NCBI GenBank assembly: GCA_015057635.1
Contig: SVEB01000050.1
Span: forward strand, 5,682-69,681
Direction of reading: 5' to 3'
DNA from: Lachnospiraceae bacterium
GTDB taxonomy: Bacteria > Bacillota > Clostridia > Lachnospirales > Lachnospiraceae
Length of the DNA stretch: 64,000 nt
Shown here: one piece after another, positions 1 through 9,651 of the stretch
Numbering within the stretch: the first letter of the stretch is position 1
Layout: every line of letters begins with the position of its first letter
The notes under the pieces: model-generated
Database searches by the model: none
What the model was told of the DNA's origin: nothing
Seen by the model: only the letters and a program-made list of their open reading frames with translations
Position numbers and translations under genes: made by a program

Positions 1-285
1 GTTACCAAGCATTTCAAAGAATGTACCATGTCTTGCTGTCTTACCTACGTTTTCGATATCACCTGTACGGATACATTTCTGGCAGGTTGTCACACGCTTT
101 CTTGGTGGAATTTCCTGTCCTGTAAAGTATGGTTTTAATGGTGCCATACCGGAATTGATTAATAATAAGCTCTTATCGCCCTGTGGTACTAATGAAAAGC
201 TGTTCATTTTTAAATGACCTTTGCTTTCGAAGAAGTCAAGGTACATTTTTCTTAACTCATTTACTCCATATGCTTTCACTGTCAT
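1..285 (-). CDS. alaS: Alanine--tRNA ligase, N-terminal part (runs off the window start)
   Basis: Not in the ORF track. Manual translation from ATG at 285 (GGAGG RBS upstream): [24 protein letters not shown]...[16 protein letters not shown]...[32 protein letters not shown], the AlaRS motif 1/2 signature. Confidence 0.96.
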   Translation of the reverse strand, partial: MTVKAYGVNELRKMYLDFFESKGHLKMNSFSLVPQGDKSLLLINSGMAPLKPYFTGQEIPPRKRVTTCQKCIRTGDIENVGKTARHGTFFEMLGN

Positions 286-330
286 TGCCTCCTAAGTATC
301 TTCATTCTATCTTTGTGAATCATCATGATT

Positions 331-570
331 TTATCTTTTTCGTGTCTGATTCTTATACCCAAACACGCTTAACTCACAAAACTGATTCATGACCGTTGCG
401 GTTACACAAAATGCCATGATTATATAACGAAACACTAATTTTAAATTATAAGGAATGGTTCCTGATTTGTCAATGTTTCTGATACTTTCTACCAGAAACC
501 CATTCCTATTTTTATATGATGGGATGATTTTTTCGGAATCATACCTTACGGAATGACTAAATTTCTTCAT
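331..570 (-). CDS. Possible 79-aa hypothetical protein between tdk and alaS
   Basis: The ORF overlaps the tdk stop by 14 bp and fills the gap co-directionally; one hydrophobic stretch; weak RBS; no recognisable family. Confidence 0.3.
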   Translation of the reverse strand: MKKFSHSVRYDSEKIIPSYKNRNGFLVESIRNIDKSGTIPYNLKLVFRYIIMAFCVTATVMNQFCELSVFGYKNQTRKR

Positions 571-1156
571 CCTCTACCTGATTTTTTTGTTTGAAATCAA
601 TTGTGCCTCTCATATAGCACTGGTGACAGACTGAAATATATGCTTCGTCACCGCCGATATAGATCTGCTCTCCGTCATAGATGATCTTATTGTCGATATA
701 GCGGGCATTCATAATGGCTTTTCTTCCACAATAACACATCGTTACGATCTCACGAAGGCTGTCCGCGACTTCCATCAGACGCTTGGAGCCTTCAAACATA
801 AGCCCTCTGAAATCTGTCTTTAATCCGTAACACATAACAACAGTTCCCTGATCCACAATCTCACGAAGCTCGTCTACCTGCTCCTTGCTAAGGAACTGTG
901 CTTCATCAACAATGATATTATCATAGTAATCCGCACTCTTTGGAAGGACATCTCGAATCTTGCTATCCGGCTCGATCAATACCGCTTTCGCCTGCAACCC
1001 TGCTCTTGACTTCACGATTTCTGCACCGTCTCTTGTGTCGATGCTTGGTTTCATTAAGATGACTCTTTTTCCTTTATCTTCAAAGTTAAAACGAGTCATT
1101 AATGCATTCGCAGTTTTGCTGGAGCCCATCGCACCATAGTAAAAATACATCTTCAT
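557..1156 (-). CDS. tdk: Thymidine kinase
   Basis: YGAMGSSKT P-loop, IIVDEAQF, YGLKTDF and a C-terminal CYCG...CHQC zinc site. Confidence 0.96.
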   Translation of the reverse strand: MKMYFYYGAMGSSKTANALMTRFNFEDKGKRVILMKPSIDTRDGAEIVKSRAGLQAKAVLIEPDSKIRDVLPKSADYYDNIIVDEAQFLSKEQVDELREIVDQGTVVMCYGLKTDFRGLMFEGSKRLMEVADSLREIVTMCYCGRKAIMNARYIDNKIIYDGEQIYIGGDEAYISVCHQCYMRGTIDFKQKNQVEDEEI

Positions 1157-1230
1157 ATAAACATTACCCTCCCATATTATCTTGCGTACTTAACCGTACC
1201 TGACTGATCTTTTAAATTTTCGTGCATGTT

Positions 1231-1260
1231 ATTATAACATAAATAAATGTTCTGATACAA
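1231..1260 (-). promoter_or_regulatory. Putative sigma-A promoter of tdk
   Basis: Minus strand TTGTAT-N18-TATAAT with an extended -10 TG. Confidence 0.5.
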
Positions 1261-1411
1261 TAACAAAGTAGCTTCGCCACTCTAAGCTCTGCATATCTTC
1301 TCTTCCGGAGGCGATGTCACTTTCTCCCGCCGAATTGCAAGCTTCGTGCGCATCCCTCGAAGAGTTTTTTATTTTATAGCAAAGCTTTTTTACCTTTCTA
1401 TACCTATAAAT

Positions 1412-1452
1412 AAAAAAAGCTGTTATAACTATCTCTAGTTTATAACAACTTT
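1412..1452 (-). terminator. Intrinsic terminator after the small Zn-ribbon gene
   Basis: Stem aaagctgttataact / agtttataacaacttt; the A-run at 1412-1418 is a U-tract on the minus strand. Confidence 0.6.
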
Positions 1453-1463
1453 ATCGGAAATAT

Positions 1464-1664
1464 CTATCCCAACAGGCTCTTTTCATGTGTTTTTCTCCAT
1501 CTATCTCTATATTTTATCCGTTCTTCTTCATCCATGCTTGTAAACTTTGTATAATCAATGTCGCACTCGACTAACTTCTGATTGCAGTGCAGACAAACGG
1601 CATTTGGTTTTTTTGACACCATACGAATATTAAAACAATGCGGGCAAATATATATTTTTAACAT
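1464..1664 (-). CDS. Small zinc-ribbon protein (CPHC...CLHC), 66 aa
   Basis: Two CxxC pairs, strong AAGGAG RBS, own terminator. Confidence 0.75.
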   Translation of the reverse strand: MLKIYICPHCFNIRMVSKKPNAVCLHCNQKLVECDIDYTKFTSMDEEERIKYRDRWRKTHEKSLLG

Positions 1665-1833
1665 GACATTTCTCCTTTCGTATAGTCAGTAGTGTAACAC
1701 ACCTTTTTGTGAGTGTAAATATCTTTTTCCATTTAATTCCATTTTTCTGCTCCCATCAACTTCTCATATCCGTCAAAAAAAGAGTTTGCATTCTTACCGG
1801 GATGTAGTGCGAATAGGATTTCGGACGAGTCGG

Positions 1834-1902
1834 ACGGGATGGAGAGGGGGAAGCTGGAGGGAAAACTCTGCGTGGAGCGGTGCTTCCCCTCTCCTTCCCT
1901 GT
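1834..1902. repeat. GC-rich inverted repeat downstream of cobQ
   Basis: acgggatggagagggggaagc ... gcttcccctctccttccctgt; about 20-bp imperfect stem with a 27-nt loop and no U-tract. Confidence 0.6.
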
Positions 1903-2081
1903 ACTACTGATGACAGATGATGGGACTAAAAAAACAGAAAATGAAAAGCAAGAAATCAGGAATGGCAATATCCCATAGCAAAAGGGTAAGACATGCTTGA
2001 GGGAGAAGAACGCACGATTCGTATTTAATGAATGCTTACTGGATCACTTATTTATTGCTTGGTTGCTTTGAATTTACGTGG

Positions 2082-3653
2082 CTAGTTTAAGGGTGGGGTG
2101 AGGCCGAGGATTTCGTAGATGAGGGGCATGTCTAGAGATTCTCGGAGGATAGAGGCTAAATGGTCGTACTGGGATTCTTTGTAGGAATCGTAGGACTGGA
2201 TGGCGGAGGCGTCGTAAGTGAGGCCTTTTCGGGTGTATAACAGATCGAGCACAGCTTTTTGCATGGATTCGGTGTCAAAGATTCCATGGAGGTAGGTTCC
2301 GGCTATGTTGGACAAAACGCTGCCATCTGATTTAGCGGTTGCTGATTCTGTGGTGACGGTAATTTGAGTAAAGGATGGACAGGATGACGGATGTGTTTGA
2401 TCAGCGACATTGGCTGACGGAATGTCTTCTGAGGAAAGCACTGGGGTGGAGATGCCCATGTGGACTTCATAACCGGTTACCGGAATATTGGAGAGAGCCG
2501 CATATGGACCTTCTATTGTTCCGGTATGACCTGTGGCCTGGGTCATGACTTTGGAAGTTGTGAAGGTTGTTTTTATCGGGAGAAGTTCCATGCCTCGTAT
2601 ATGACGGATGCCTTCTACCATCTCACTGTCATCAATGCTCATGCCTAACATCTGATAGCCGCCACAGATTCCGAAAATTAAGGTGCCTTTGGCGGCCTCT
2701 TTTTTGATGGCGGCTTCTAAGCCGTTCTCTCTTAGCCAGATTAGATCCTGTATGGTGCTCTTGCTGCCTGGCAGGATGATCATATCCGGAGATTTTAGTT
2801 CGGATACATCGGATACATAATGAAGACCGACACCTTCTAAGTGTTCTAAACTATAAAAATCCGTAAAGTTTGAGATTCTTGGGAGTTTGATGACTGCAAT
2901 CTCTACCGGAGCGACTTCTCTTTTCTTATGGAAACGCTCGGTAAGACTGTCTTCGTCTTCGATATCTACGTTCATATAAGGAACGACACCGGCACATGGG
3001 ATATGGATTTTTTCATAAATCATATCCAGACCTGGTTTTAGAATGGTAGCGTCTCCCCGGAATTTGTTGATAATCGTTCCTTTGATGCGGGCACGTTCCT
3101 CCTCTTCTAATAGCATGACCGTTCCGTAAAGCTGGGCAAATACCCCGCCGCGGTCGATATCGCCAGCTAAAAGGACCGGAGCATCCACAAGCTTGGCCAT
3201 GCCCATATTGACGATGTCATCGGCTTTTAAGTTGATCTCTGCCGGCGATCCTGCTCCTTCTATTACAATGATGTCGTATTCTTCGGCAAGGGAATCATAG
3301 GCTTCTTTAATTTTGGGAATCAGGCTTTTTTTCATCTTAAAATAATCTCTTGCCTGCATATTGCCCTGTACTTCACCACATACAATAACCTGAGACCCCA
3401 TATCGGTGGTTGGCTTTAATAAGATGGGATTCATACGGACGCTTGGCTTGATTCCTGCTGCCTCAGCCTGCATGACCTGGGCACGTCCCATCTCAAGCCC
3501 TTCTTCCGTAATATAGGAATTCAGCGCCATATTCTGCGATTTGAACGGAGCGACTTTATAGCCGTCCTGCTTTAAAATACGCAAAAGCCCTGCCACAAGA
3601 AAACTCTTTCCTGCATTGGACATGGTGCCCTGTATCATAATTGATTTTGCCAT
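2082..3653 (-). CDS. cobQ: Cobyric acid synthase
   Basis: [54 protein letters not shown]. Confidence 0.97.
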   Translation of the reverse strand: MAKSIMIQGTMSNAGKSFLVAGLLRILKQDGYKVAPFKSQNMALNSYITEEGLEMGRAQVMQAEAAGIKPSVRMNPILLKPTTDMGSQVIVCGEVQGNMQARDYFKMKKSLIPKIKEAYDSLAEEYDIIVIEGAGSPAEINLKADDIVNMGMAKLVDAPVLLAGDIDRGGVFAQLYGTVMLLEEEERARIKGTIINKFRGDATILKPGLDMIYEKIHIPCAGVVPYMNVDIEDEDSLTERFHKKREVAPVEIAVIKLPRISNFTDFYSLEHLEGVGLHYVSDVSELKSPDMIILPGSKSTIQDLIWLRENGLEAAIKKEAAKGTLIFGICGGYQMLGMSIDDSEMVEGIRHIRGMELLPIKTTFTTSKVMTQATGHTGTIEGPYAALSNIPVTGYEVHMGISTPVLSSEDIPSANVADQTHPSSCPSFTQITVTTESATAKSDGSVLSNIAGTYLHGIFDTESMQKAVLDLLYTRKGLTYDASAIQSYDSYKESQYDHLASILRESLDMPLIYEILGLTPPLN

Positions 3654-3737
3654 ACTTCTCTTTCTCTCTTTCTCATTTTACGACTTCTTCTATTTTTACT
3701 GCTATTCTATCCGTTGCTTTAAGCAGCAATCGGTTTC

Positions 3738-4775
3738 TTATTCAAAGCCTCTGATCTGTGAAAATGCTTTCAAGAATGCTTCATTTTCTTTGCGGGTGCG
3801 CACAGCGACCCGGTAATACCCTTTGGATAATCCTTCGTAATTGCTACAGTCCCGGATTAAAATGTTCTTTTTTATCATCTTTTCCTTCAGACCTTCTTCT
3901 GACCGGAAGAAAAGATAATTTGCTTCACCATAAAATGCCTGATCTGCAAGTTTCATAAGGCCTTGATATAAAAATTCCCGTTCTGCTTTGATATACTCTT
4001 TTGTCTGTTTTACATATTCGGTTTCCTTTAAAGCGGCTATTCCTGCAAACTGAGCCGGTACGGATAAGTTCCACGGCTGCATTCCGGACTTCATTCTGCT
4101 TAATAATGATGTATTCGAGGTAATCCCATATCCAAGTCTTAATCCCGGCATGGCATAGATCTTTGTAAATGCCTTTAGAATAAATAGGTTCGGAAATTGA
4201 ACCAGATAAGGAACCATCGTAAATTCCTCTTCCTGTTCTGTGAACTCTAAAAAGCACTCATCTATTATAAGCATGCAAAAGCATTCTTTGCATTTTTCTG
4301 CTATTTTCAATAATAGCTCCCGCTTGGTCCGCTTTCCGGTCGGATTATTCGGATTGCATAAAAATACGATATCTGTGTCATGGCTGATCTGATTGATGAT
4401 ATCTTCTTTAACTTGAAAATCCTGTTCGTTCAGTTTGTAATAGGATACCTTGCACTCTTCGCTTACCAGCGCCTGTTCATATTCTGCGAAGGTTGGTGCC
4501 AATAAAAGCGCCTGCTTTGGTTGTACGGCACGGACTACAGAAAAGATCAGTTCCGCTGCTCCATTTCCACACAAAATCCATTGTGGGTCGGTCTGTTCTT
4601 TCTCAGCTATTCCCCGTATCAGTTTATCTGCTTTTACATCCGGGTAATGAATGGATGCCTCTACACCGCGCTTAGCCGCCTCCACTACGGATTCTGGCAT
4701 GCCAAGCGGATTTATGTTCGCTGAAAAATCAAGACATCCTTCGTATTCGTATATATTTCCGCCATGTACTGTCAT
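3738..4775 (-). CDS. cobD: L-threonine-O-3-phosphate decarboxylase (PLP-dependent)
   Basis: HGGN...LDFSANINPLG, FLCNPNNPTG, DECF, AFTKIYAMPGLRLGY; located in the cob operon. Confidence 0.92.
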   Translation of the reverse strand: MTVHGGNIYEYEGCLDFSANINPLGMPESVVEAAKRGVEASIHYPDVKADKLIRGIAEKEQTDPQWILCGNGAAELIFSVVRAVQPKQALLLAPTFAEYEQALVSEECKVSYYKLNEQDFQVKEDIINQISHDTDIVFLCNPNNPTGKRTKRELLLKIAEKCKECFCMLIIDECFLEFTEQEEEFTMVPYLVQFPNLFILKAFTKIYAMPGLRLGYGITSNTSLLSRMKSGMQPWNLSVPAQFAGIAALKETEYVKQTKEYIKAEREFLYQGLMKLADQAFYGEANYLFFRSEEGLKEKMIKKNILIRDCSNYEGLSKGYYRVAVRTRKENEAFLKAFSQIRGFE

Positions 4776-4867
4776 TTCTGTTCTCCAAACTACTGTTTTG
4801 TTTCTTCTATACTTTTAGGTGATTTCATACTGACTGTCCGATTAACTCTGTCTTATTCTATTTTAAT

Positions 4868-5848
4868 TTAAAATAAAGATGAGACGATCCATCCAATCAG
4901 GATCATAAAGAATACACCAAGGCTTGCCGTTCCATATAGCAGACGGTTTGCCAGACGGATATCGTCAAACGTGATCGGACGGATCGGGTCCCCGATTGTC
5001 TTCTTTTTATAAAGCTTTCCAAAATAATAGGCATCCCCTGCCAGTTCAATATCCAGTGCGCCTGCACACACAGCTTCTGTCTGAGCTGAATTCGGGCTTG
5101 CATGATTATAACGGTCACGCTTAAAGATTCGGATCGCATTTTTCATGTTCAGGCGTAAAATACCGCTTGCTAAAATCATCAGGACTGCAGATATTCTGGC
5201 CGGCACATAATTCATGACATCATCCAGTTTTGCTGCTGCCCTTCCGAAATAAAGATATTTATCATTTTTATAGCCTACCATGGAATCCATCGTATTCACC
5301 GCCTTATAAAAATAGCCGCCAACCGCTCCAAATAGCGCCATATAGAATAATGGCGCGATCTCACCGTCCGATGTATTCTCCGCAACCGTTTCCACCGCTG
5401 CCTTTGCTACCCCTTCTTTTGTAAGCTCTTTCGTATCCCTTCCTACAATCATGGATACCGCCGTTCTGGCACCCGGAAGGTCATCTTCTTTTAATTTTTC
5501 ATATACTTTCATGCTTTCTTTTTTAAGACACTTCGCCGCAAACATCTGATAACACATCATACTCTGCAAAACAGTCCCTGCGACCGGGTGAATGTGATAG
5601 GCCGTTACTAGCATAAGCACAGAAAAAAGAACCGAAAGCACCGTCACGATAACGACAAGCACGATACCGCACACAAGCTTTTGCCTGTCAGACTGCCCTT
5701 CTTCTTTTCTAAGCCTTCCATCCAGTTTGGCAATCAGGGTTCCCATCGCCCGGATCGGATGCGGCATCCAGTATGGATCCCCAAAACACAAATCTAAGAG
5801 AAATCCGATTGTCACTGCAAGGATTGTCTCCATTCCATTTACTAACAT
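4868..5848 (-). CDS. cbiB: Adenosylcobinamide-phosphate synthase
   Basis: LDLCFGDP...HPI, VGRDT, AENTSDG, YKAVNTMDSMVGY, SPNSAQTEA. Confidence 0.96.
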   Translation of the reverse strand: MLVNGMETILAVTIGFLLDLCFGDPYWMPHPIRAMGTLIAKLDGRLRKEEGQSDRQKLVCGIVLVVIVTVLSVLFSVLMLVTAYHIHPVAGTVLQSMMCYQMFAAKCLKKESMKVYEKLKEDDLPGARTAVSMIVGRDTKELTKEGVAKAAVETVAENTSDGEIAPLFYMALFGAVGGYFYKAVNTMDSMVGYKNDKYLYFGRAAAKLDDVMNYVPARISAVLMILASGILRLNMKNAIRIFKRDRYNHASPNSAQTEAVCAGALDIELAGDAYYFGKLYKKKTIGDPIRPITFDDIRLANRLLYGTASLGVFFMILIGWIVSSLF

Positions 5849-5903
5849 TTATCCTACCTCGCTTGTTTTCATTCCATTTACTATTCCATTTAAACGCTTT
5901 GCA

Positions 5904-6557
5904 TTACGTAATCCTGTTTAAAAGCGTTAATTCGTATTTTCTATCCTTCCATTTCCTTTCATCATATTCTACTCTAAATCCCCTGCCGTTTGAAACCTGC
6001 CAGGAGTAATAGTCCCCCTTTGGCACACCAAACGCTTCCATTATCGCCATAATCGTTCCGCCATGGACAACAAATGCGATTTCTCGGTATCCATTCTGTT
6101 CTGCATCATCCATTGCTTTGATAAATGCCCGGCAGACACGTGCGCAGAATGTCTTCTTATCCTCACCGCCCGGAAATCCGCATTCCCCGCCTTCGTCAAT
6201 AAATCTCTGATAATCGGGATTGCCGTTTAGCTCATGATAATTCTTATATTCAAACTCACCGAAATCACATTCCTTTAAATCTTCTATAGGATGAACCAAA
6301 ACTCCCGGATATAGAATGTCAGCCGTCATAAGACAGCGTTTTAACGGGCTTGCATAAACGTATTCCGGACTGCCAAAAATGGAAGGTGCCATTCGTTGCC
6401 CTTCTCGCTGTTTTTCTTGTTGTCCTTTTTGATGTCCTTTTAGCAGTTCTTGTAACTGTTCTTTTCCTTCTTCACAAAGCGCTTCATCCGTACATCCTAT
6501 ATAACGTCCTTCTTTATTGCCGTCTGTCATTCCGTGTCGTATCAGATACACATTCAT
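5904..6557 (-). CDS. cobC: Histidine phosphatase family, probable alpha-ribazole/adenosylcobalamin phosphatase
   Basis: YLIRHG, SPLKRC, ECDFGEFE, VVHGG. Start moved to ATG 6557 (ATGA overlap with the upstream stop). Confidence 0.85.
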   Translation of the reverse strand: MNVYLIRHGMTDGNKEGRYIGCTDEALCEEGKEQLQELLKGHQKGQQEKQREGQRMAPSIFGSPEYVYASPLKRCLMTADILYPGVLVHPIEDLKECDFGEFEYKNYHELNGNPDYQRFIDEGGECGFPGGEDKKTFCARVCRAFIKAMDDAEQNGYREIAFVVHGGTIMAIMEAFGVPKGDYYSWQVSNGRGFRVEYDERKWKDRKYELTLLNRIT

Positions 6558-6955
6558 CCTTTGATCACCGTCCCGATTCCGCATACAACCCGGATGACAC
6601 GCTTTGCTCTTTTGGCCAGATAACAGCAGATTCGTCCGGTCTGTTCCCTTACCATACGGTCCGTTTTATCCACCGGCACGATTCCATAGCCGATTTCATC
6701 AGATATTATGATCTTTTCCGGCTTTCCTTCCTCCATCCGATTAATAAGCGCTTCAAAATACGTTTGATTTCCAGCCTTTGATGGATCTGAAAGTTCTCTT
6801 GCTAAAAATAAATGAAATCGGTAAACCACATCCGCTTCTTCTAACTCTTCAAGCGTACAGGTTTCTCCATCCACAATCTTCTTTCCTGCAAGATTGTAAT
6901 GCTCTTTTGCATATGCCAGTTTTCCCTGACACATGCCGCCTATGATAAATTCCAT
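6554..6955 (-). CDS. Short CobU/CobP-like protein (133 aa)
   Basis: IIGGMCQGK degenerate P-loop; C-terminal ISDEIGYGIVP...REQTGR...VVCG typical of CobU; the central His region is missing. Confidence 0.8.
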   Translation of the reverse strand: MEFIIGGMCQGKLAYAKEHYNLAGKKIVDGETCTLEELEEADVVYRFHLFLARELSDPSKAGNQTYFEALINRMEEGKPEKIIISDEIGYGIVPVDKTDRMVREQTGRICCYLAKRAKRVIRVVCGIGTVIKG

Positions 6956-6976
6956 ATAAACTCCTTTTTCTGTTCT

Positions 6977-7738
6977 TTAAATCATGGCAGAAATCAGCTG
7001 TACCATAACGGCTGCCGCTAAGACTGCCAATTCACATAGTTCCACAAAGTATCCGGCAAGATCGCCTGTAATACCGCCAAACTTTGCATAAGACATCTTC
7101 TTATAATAGAGAAACACACCGGCTCCTGCCACCATACACGCTGCTCCTGCCACCATATCAACCATTAAAAATAATCCGGCTGACAAAAGCAGATATCCGA
7201 TCATCACAAGCTGTACCCGTTTCTTCTCCGCATTTTGTGAAAATGCTGCCAGGGTGCCATTTCCTCTTGCATTTTGAAAGCTGACTACCGAAAGCCCGCT
7301 GTATGCCCTGGAATACACATAACCGATCCCAGCTAGCAGAATGCTTTTCTCGTCTGCCTCACTAAACAAACCAAACAAAAGAAACATATAGATAAATCCA
7401 CGTATCACCGCAAATGCTCCTGCATTCGGATCTTTTAGTATCGCAAGCTTCTTTTCCCGGTCACCATATGAATTCAGCGCATCTGACGTATCCAAAAATC
7501 CATCCATATGGATGCCTCCGGTAACGAGAAGCGGAAGCACCACAAGGATTGAAGCACGAAGCCCATCCCCGGCTCCAAGCACATTAAATAGGCTATATGC
7601 CCCGTAAGAGATAAGGCCGATCACAGCTCCGATTAACGGGAAATAGCAGATCGCGTATTTCATATTCTCCTTTGTCCATTCTAGCTTTGGCATCGGAATC
7701 TTCGAATACATCGAAAACGCGATAATAAATCCTTTCAT
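6977..7738 (-). CDS. cobS: Adenosylcobinamide-GDP ribazoletransferase (cobalamin synthase)
   Basis: TGGIHMDGFLDTSD, ILKDPNAGAF, FGGITGDLAG; multi-pass membrane protein. Confidence 0.95.
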   Translation of the reverse strand: MKGFIIAFSMYSKIPMPKLEWTKENMKYAICYFPLIGAVIGLISYGAYSLFNVLGAGDGLRASILVVLPLLVTGGIHMDGFLDTSDALNSYGDREKKLAILKDPNAGAFAVIRGFIYMFLLFGLFSEADEKSILLAGIGYVYSRAYSGLSVVSFQNARGNGTLAAFSQNAEKKRVQLVMIGYLLLSAGLFLMVDMVAGAACMVAGAGVFLYYKKMSYAKFGGITGDLAGYFVELCELAVLAAAVMVQLISAMI

Positions 7739-8265
7739 TCTGCCTCCTCCTTTTTCTTATGTCTAATCGGAATTCCATACACAACTTCCGTCACTTCATC
7801 TGCAATTCCTGCCATATACTGATTGACTGTTCCTAATAAACGGATATAAGCATCCATCTCTTCGCCGTAATCACACCCATCCGAAAAGACTTCATTTGTC
7901 ACAACAATCAGATTACCACAGCTCTCACTTAATGCTTTGATTCCTTCGGTAATCGCCTCATACGCCTTTTCTTTTGCCCCATCATCCGCATACATCTCAT
8001 TTGCCGCAAGATTGGACATGCATTCTAATAAGACCGTATCCTCTTTTGTAAAGGACAGGCTTTTCATATTCACATAGCATTCTTTTGTAATAAAATTCTT
8101 TTCTTTTCTTAAATCCCGATGTCTTTTGATCTTTTTCTCACACTCGCCATCAAATGGCATCATTGTTGCAATATAAAAAAGCGGCCCTTTGGCAAGGGAG
8201 CATGCCAGATTTTCCGCATACTCCGACTTGCCGCTTCCGCTTCCGCCTGTTACGACCGCTACCAT
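7735..8265 (-). CDS. cobU: Adenosylcobinamide kinase / phosphate guanylyltransferase
   Basis: VTGGSGSGKSEYAE, YIATM, KIKRHR (catalytic His), LLECMSNL, VTNEV. Confidence 0.93.
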   Translation of the reverse strand: MVAVVTGGSGSGKSEYAENLACSLAKGPLFYIATMMPFDGECEKKIKRHRDLRKEKNFITKECYVNMKSLSFTKEDTVLLECMSNLAANEMYADDGAKEKAYEAITEGIKALSESCGNLIVVTNEVFSDGCDYGEEMDAYIRLLGTVNQYMAGIADEVTEVVYGIPIRHKKKEEAE

Positions 8266-8268
8266 CTA

Positions 8269-9381
8269 CTATTCCTCATTTCTATTGTTCTCATGGTTGA
8301 AATGTTCGTATTGCTGCACATGGATATCCTCAAAGGTCCCCATCTCATTGTATACCGCAAGTCCCATTTTAAGAAGAGGAAGCACCGCAACCGCTCCTGT
8401 TCCTTCTCCCAGACACATATCACATGTGATCATCGGTTTTAGCTTCATCGCATCCAATACCATCTGTCCTGCCGGCTCTTTGGATACATGGGACGGAAGA
8501 ATATAATCCACTGTCTTCGGCTCAATGTTTACTGCCATCAGTGCCGATACTGCTGAGATAAAACCATCTATCACGACCGGGATGCGGTAAATGGCTCCCC
8601 CTAGGAACAGACCTGCCATCCCTGCGATTTCAAAGCCGCCAAGCTGCCGTAATGCTTCTACTGCATCTTGTGGAGCGGTTCCTTCATGATTGGCACGCAG
8701 AATGGCTTTTTTTATTGCATGGATCTTTCGTTCCATTCCTTCTTTGGATAATCCGGCCCCATATCCGGTCACCGTCTCCACTTTTTCTCCTAACATAAAG
8801 GAAGCCAATGCCGAACTTGGTGTCGTATTTCCAATTCCCATCTCCCCGGTCGTGATAATCTTATATCCTGCTTCCTTTAGTTCTCTTACCATATCAATTC
8901 CGATCAGAATCGCCTCTTCGCATTCCTTTCTTGTCATGGCCGCCTCTGACGCCATATTCTTTGTCCCTCTTGCCACCTTACGGTCAATCAGGGTAAATGG
9001 CTTCACTTCCCTGCATTTGGCATGCTCACAATCCATGCCGATATCTACCGGGAATACATCTGTGCCGCTTACTCTTGCCATCGCGTTCACACTTGTCTTT
9101 CCCTCCGTAAAATTATGCGCAACAATTCTGGTAACCTTGGAATCCGTCTGGGTTACCCCTTCCTGCACTACTCCATGATCTCCGCACATAATAACAAGCG
9201 CGGAAGGCTCTATTGAAATTTGTTCGGCATTCTTCGTAATGCCGGCGATTTTTGTCACTGCCTCTTCAAGTTTGCCAAGGCTGTCAAGCGGTTTCGCGAT
9301 TTTCCTCCATCTCTCCTTTGCCGCATCCATGTGTTCCTTATCGATTGCCACAATTCTTGCTGTCATCTGATTCAAATCCAT
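8269..9381 (-). CDS. cobT: Nicotinate-nucleotide--dimethylbenzimidazole phosphoribosyltransferase
   Basis: KPLDSLGKLE, CGDHGV, GEMGIGNTT, LGGFEIAG, LGEGTGA. Confidence 0.97.
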   Translation of the reverse strand: MDLNQMTARIVAIDKEHMDAAKERWRKIAKPLDSLGKLEEAVTKIAGITKNAEQISIEPSALVIMCGDHGVVQEGVTQTDSKVTRIVAHNFTEGKTSVNAMARVSGTDVFPVDIGMDCEHAKCREVKPFTLIDRKVARGTKNMASEAAMTRKECEEAILIGIDMVRELKEAGYKIITTGEMGIGNTTPSSALASFMLGEKVETVTGYGAGLSKEGMERKIHAIKKAILRANHEGTAPQDAVEALRQLGGFEIAGMAGLFLGGAIYRIPVVIDGFISAVSALMAVNIEPKTVDYILPSHVSKEPAGQMVLDAMKLKPMITCDMCLGEGTGAVAVLPLLKMGLAVYNEMGTFEDIHVQQYEHFNHENNRNEE

Positions 9382-9651
9382 ACCTTTCCTCCTTTGGCCA
9401 ATTTATATCCATCTTACTTGTTTCTATGGATATCCAGACCTACTATAACATATAAAGGCGGTTATGAAAATATGCTCTCCCCTTTTCTTCCTCTGCTGCC
9501 ATCTTATTTTAGGTATATTGCTCCATCTAAAAATTATAGTTGAAAAGTTTTTATATATTTGATAGAATACCATTCGTGCGTCAAAAAAGTTCGAAATAAT
9601 ACAGTTTTTGTCGCTAAAAACGAAAATTAGATATATAACGGAGGAATTTAC

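Noticed and set aside
286-556. T-box leader for alaS
   Set aside because: No T-box consensus (GGTGGnACCGCG) or terminator/antiterminator is visible on the minus strand.
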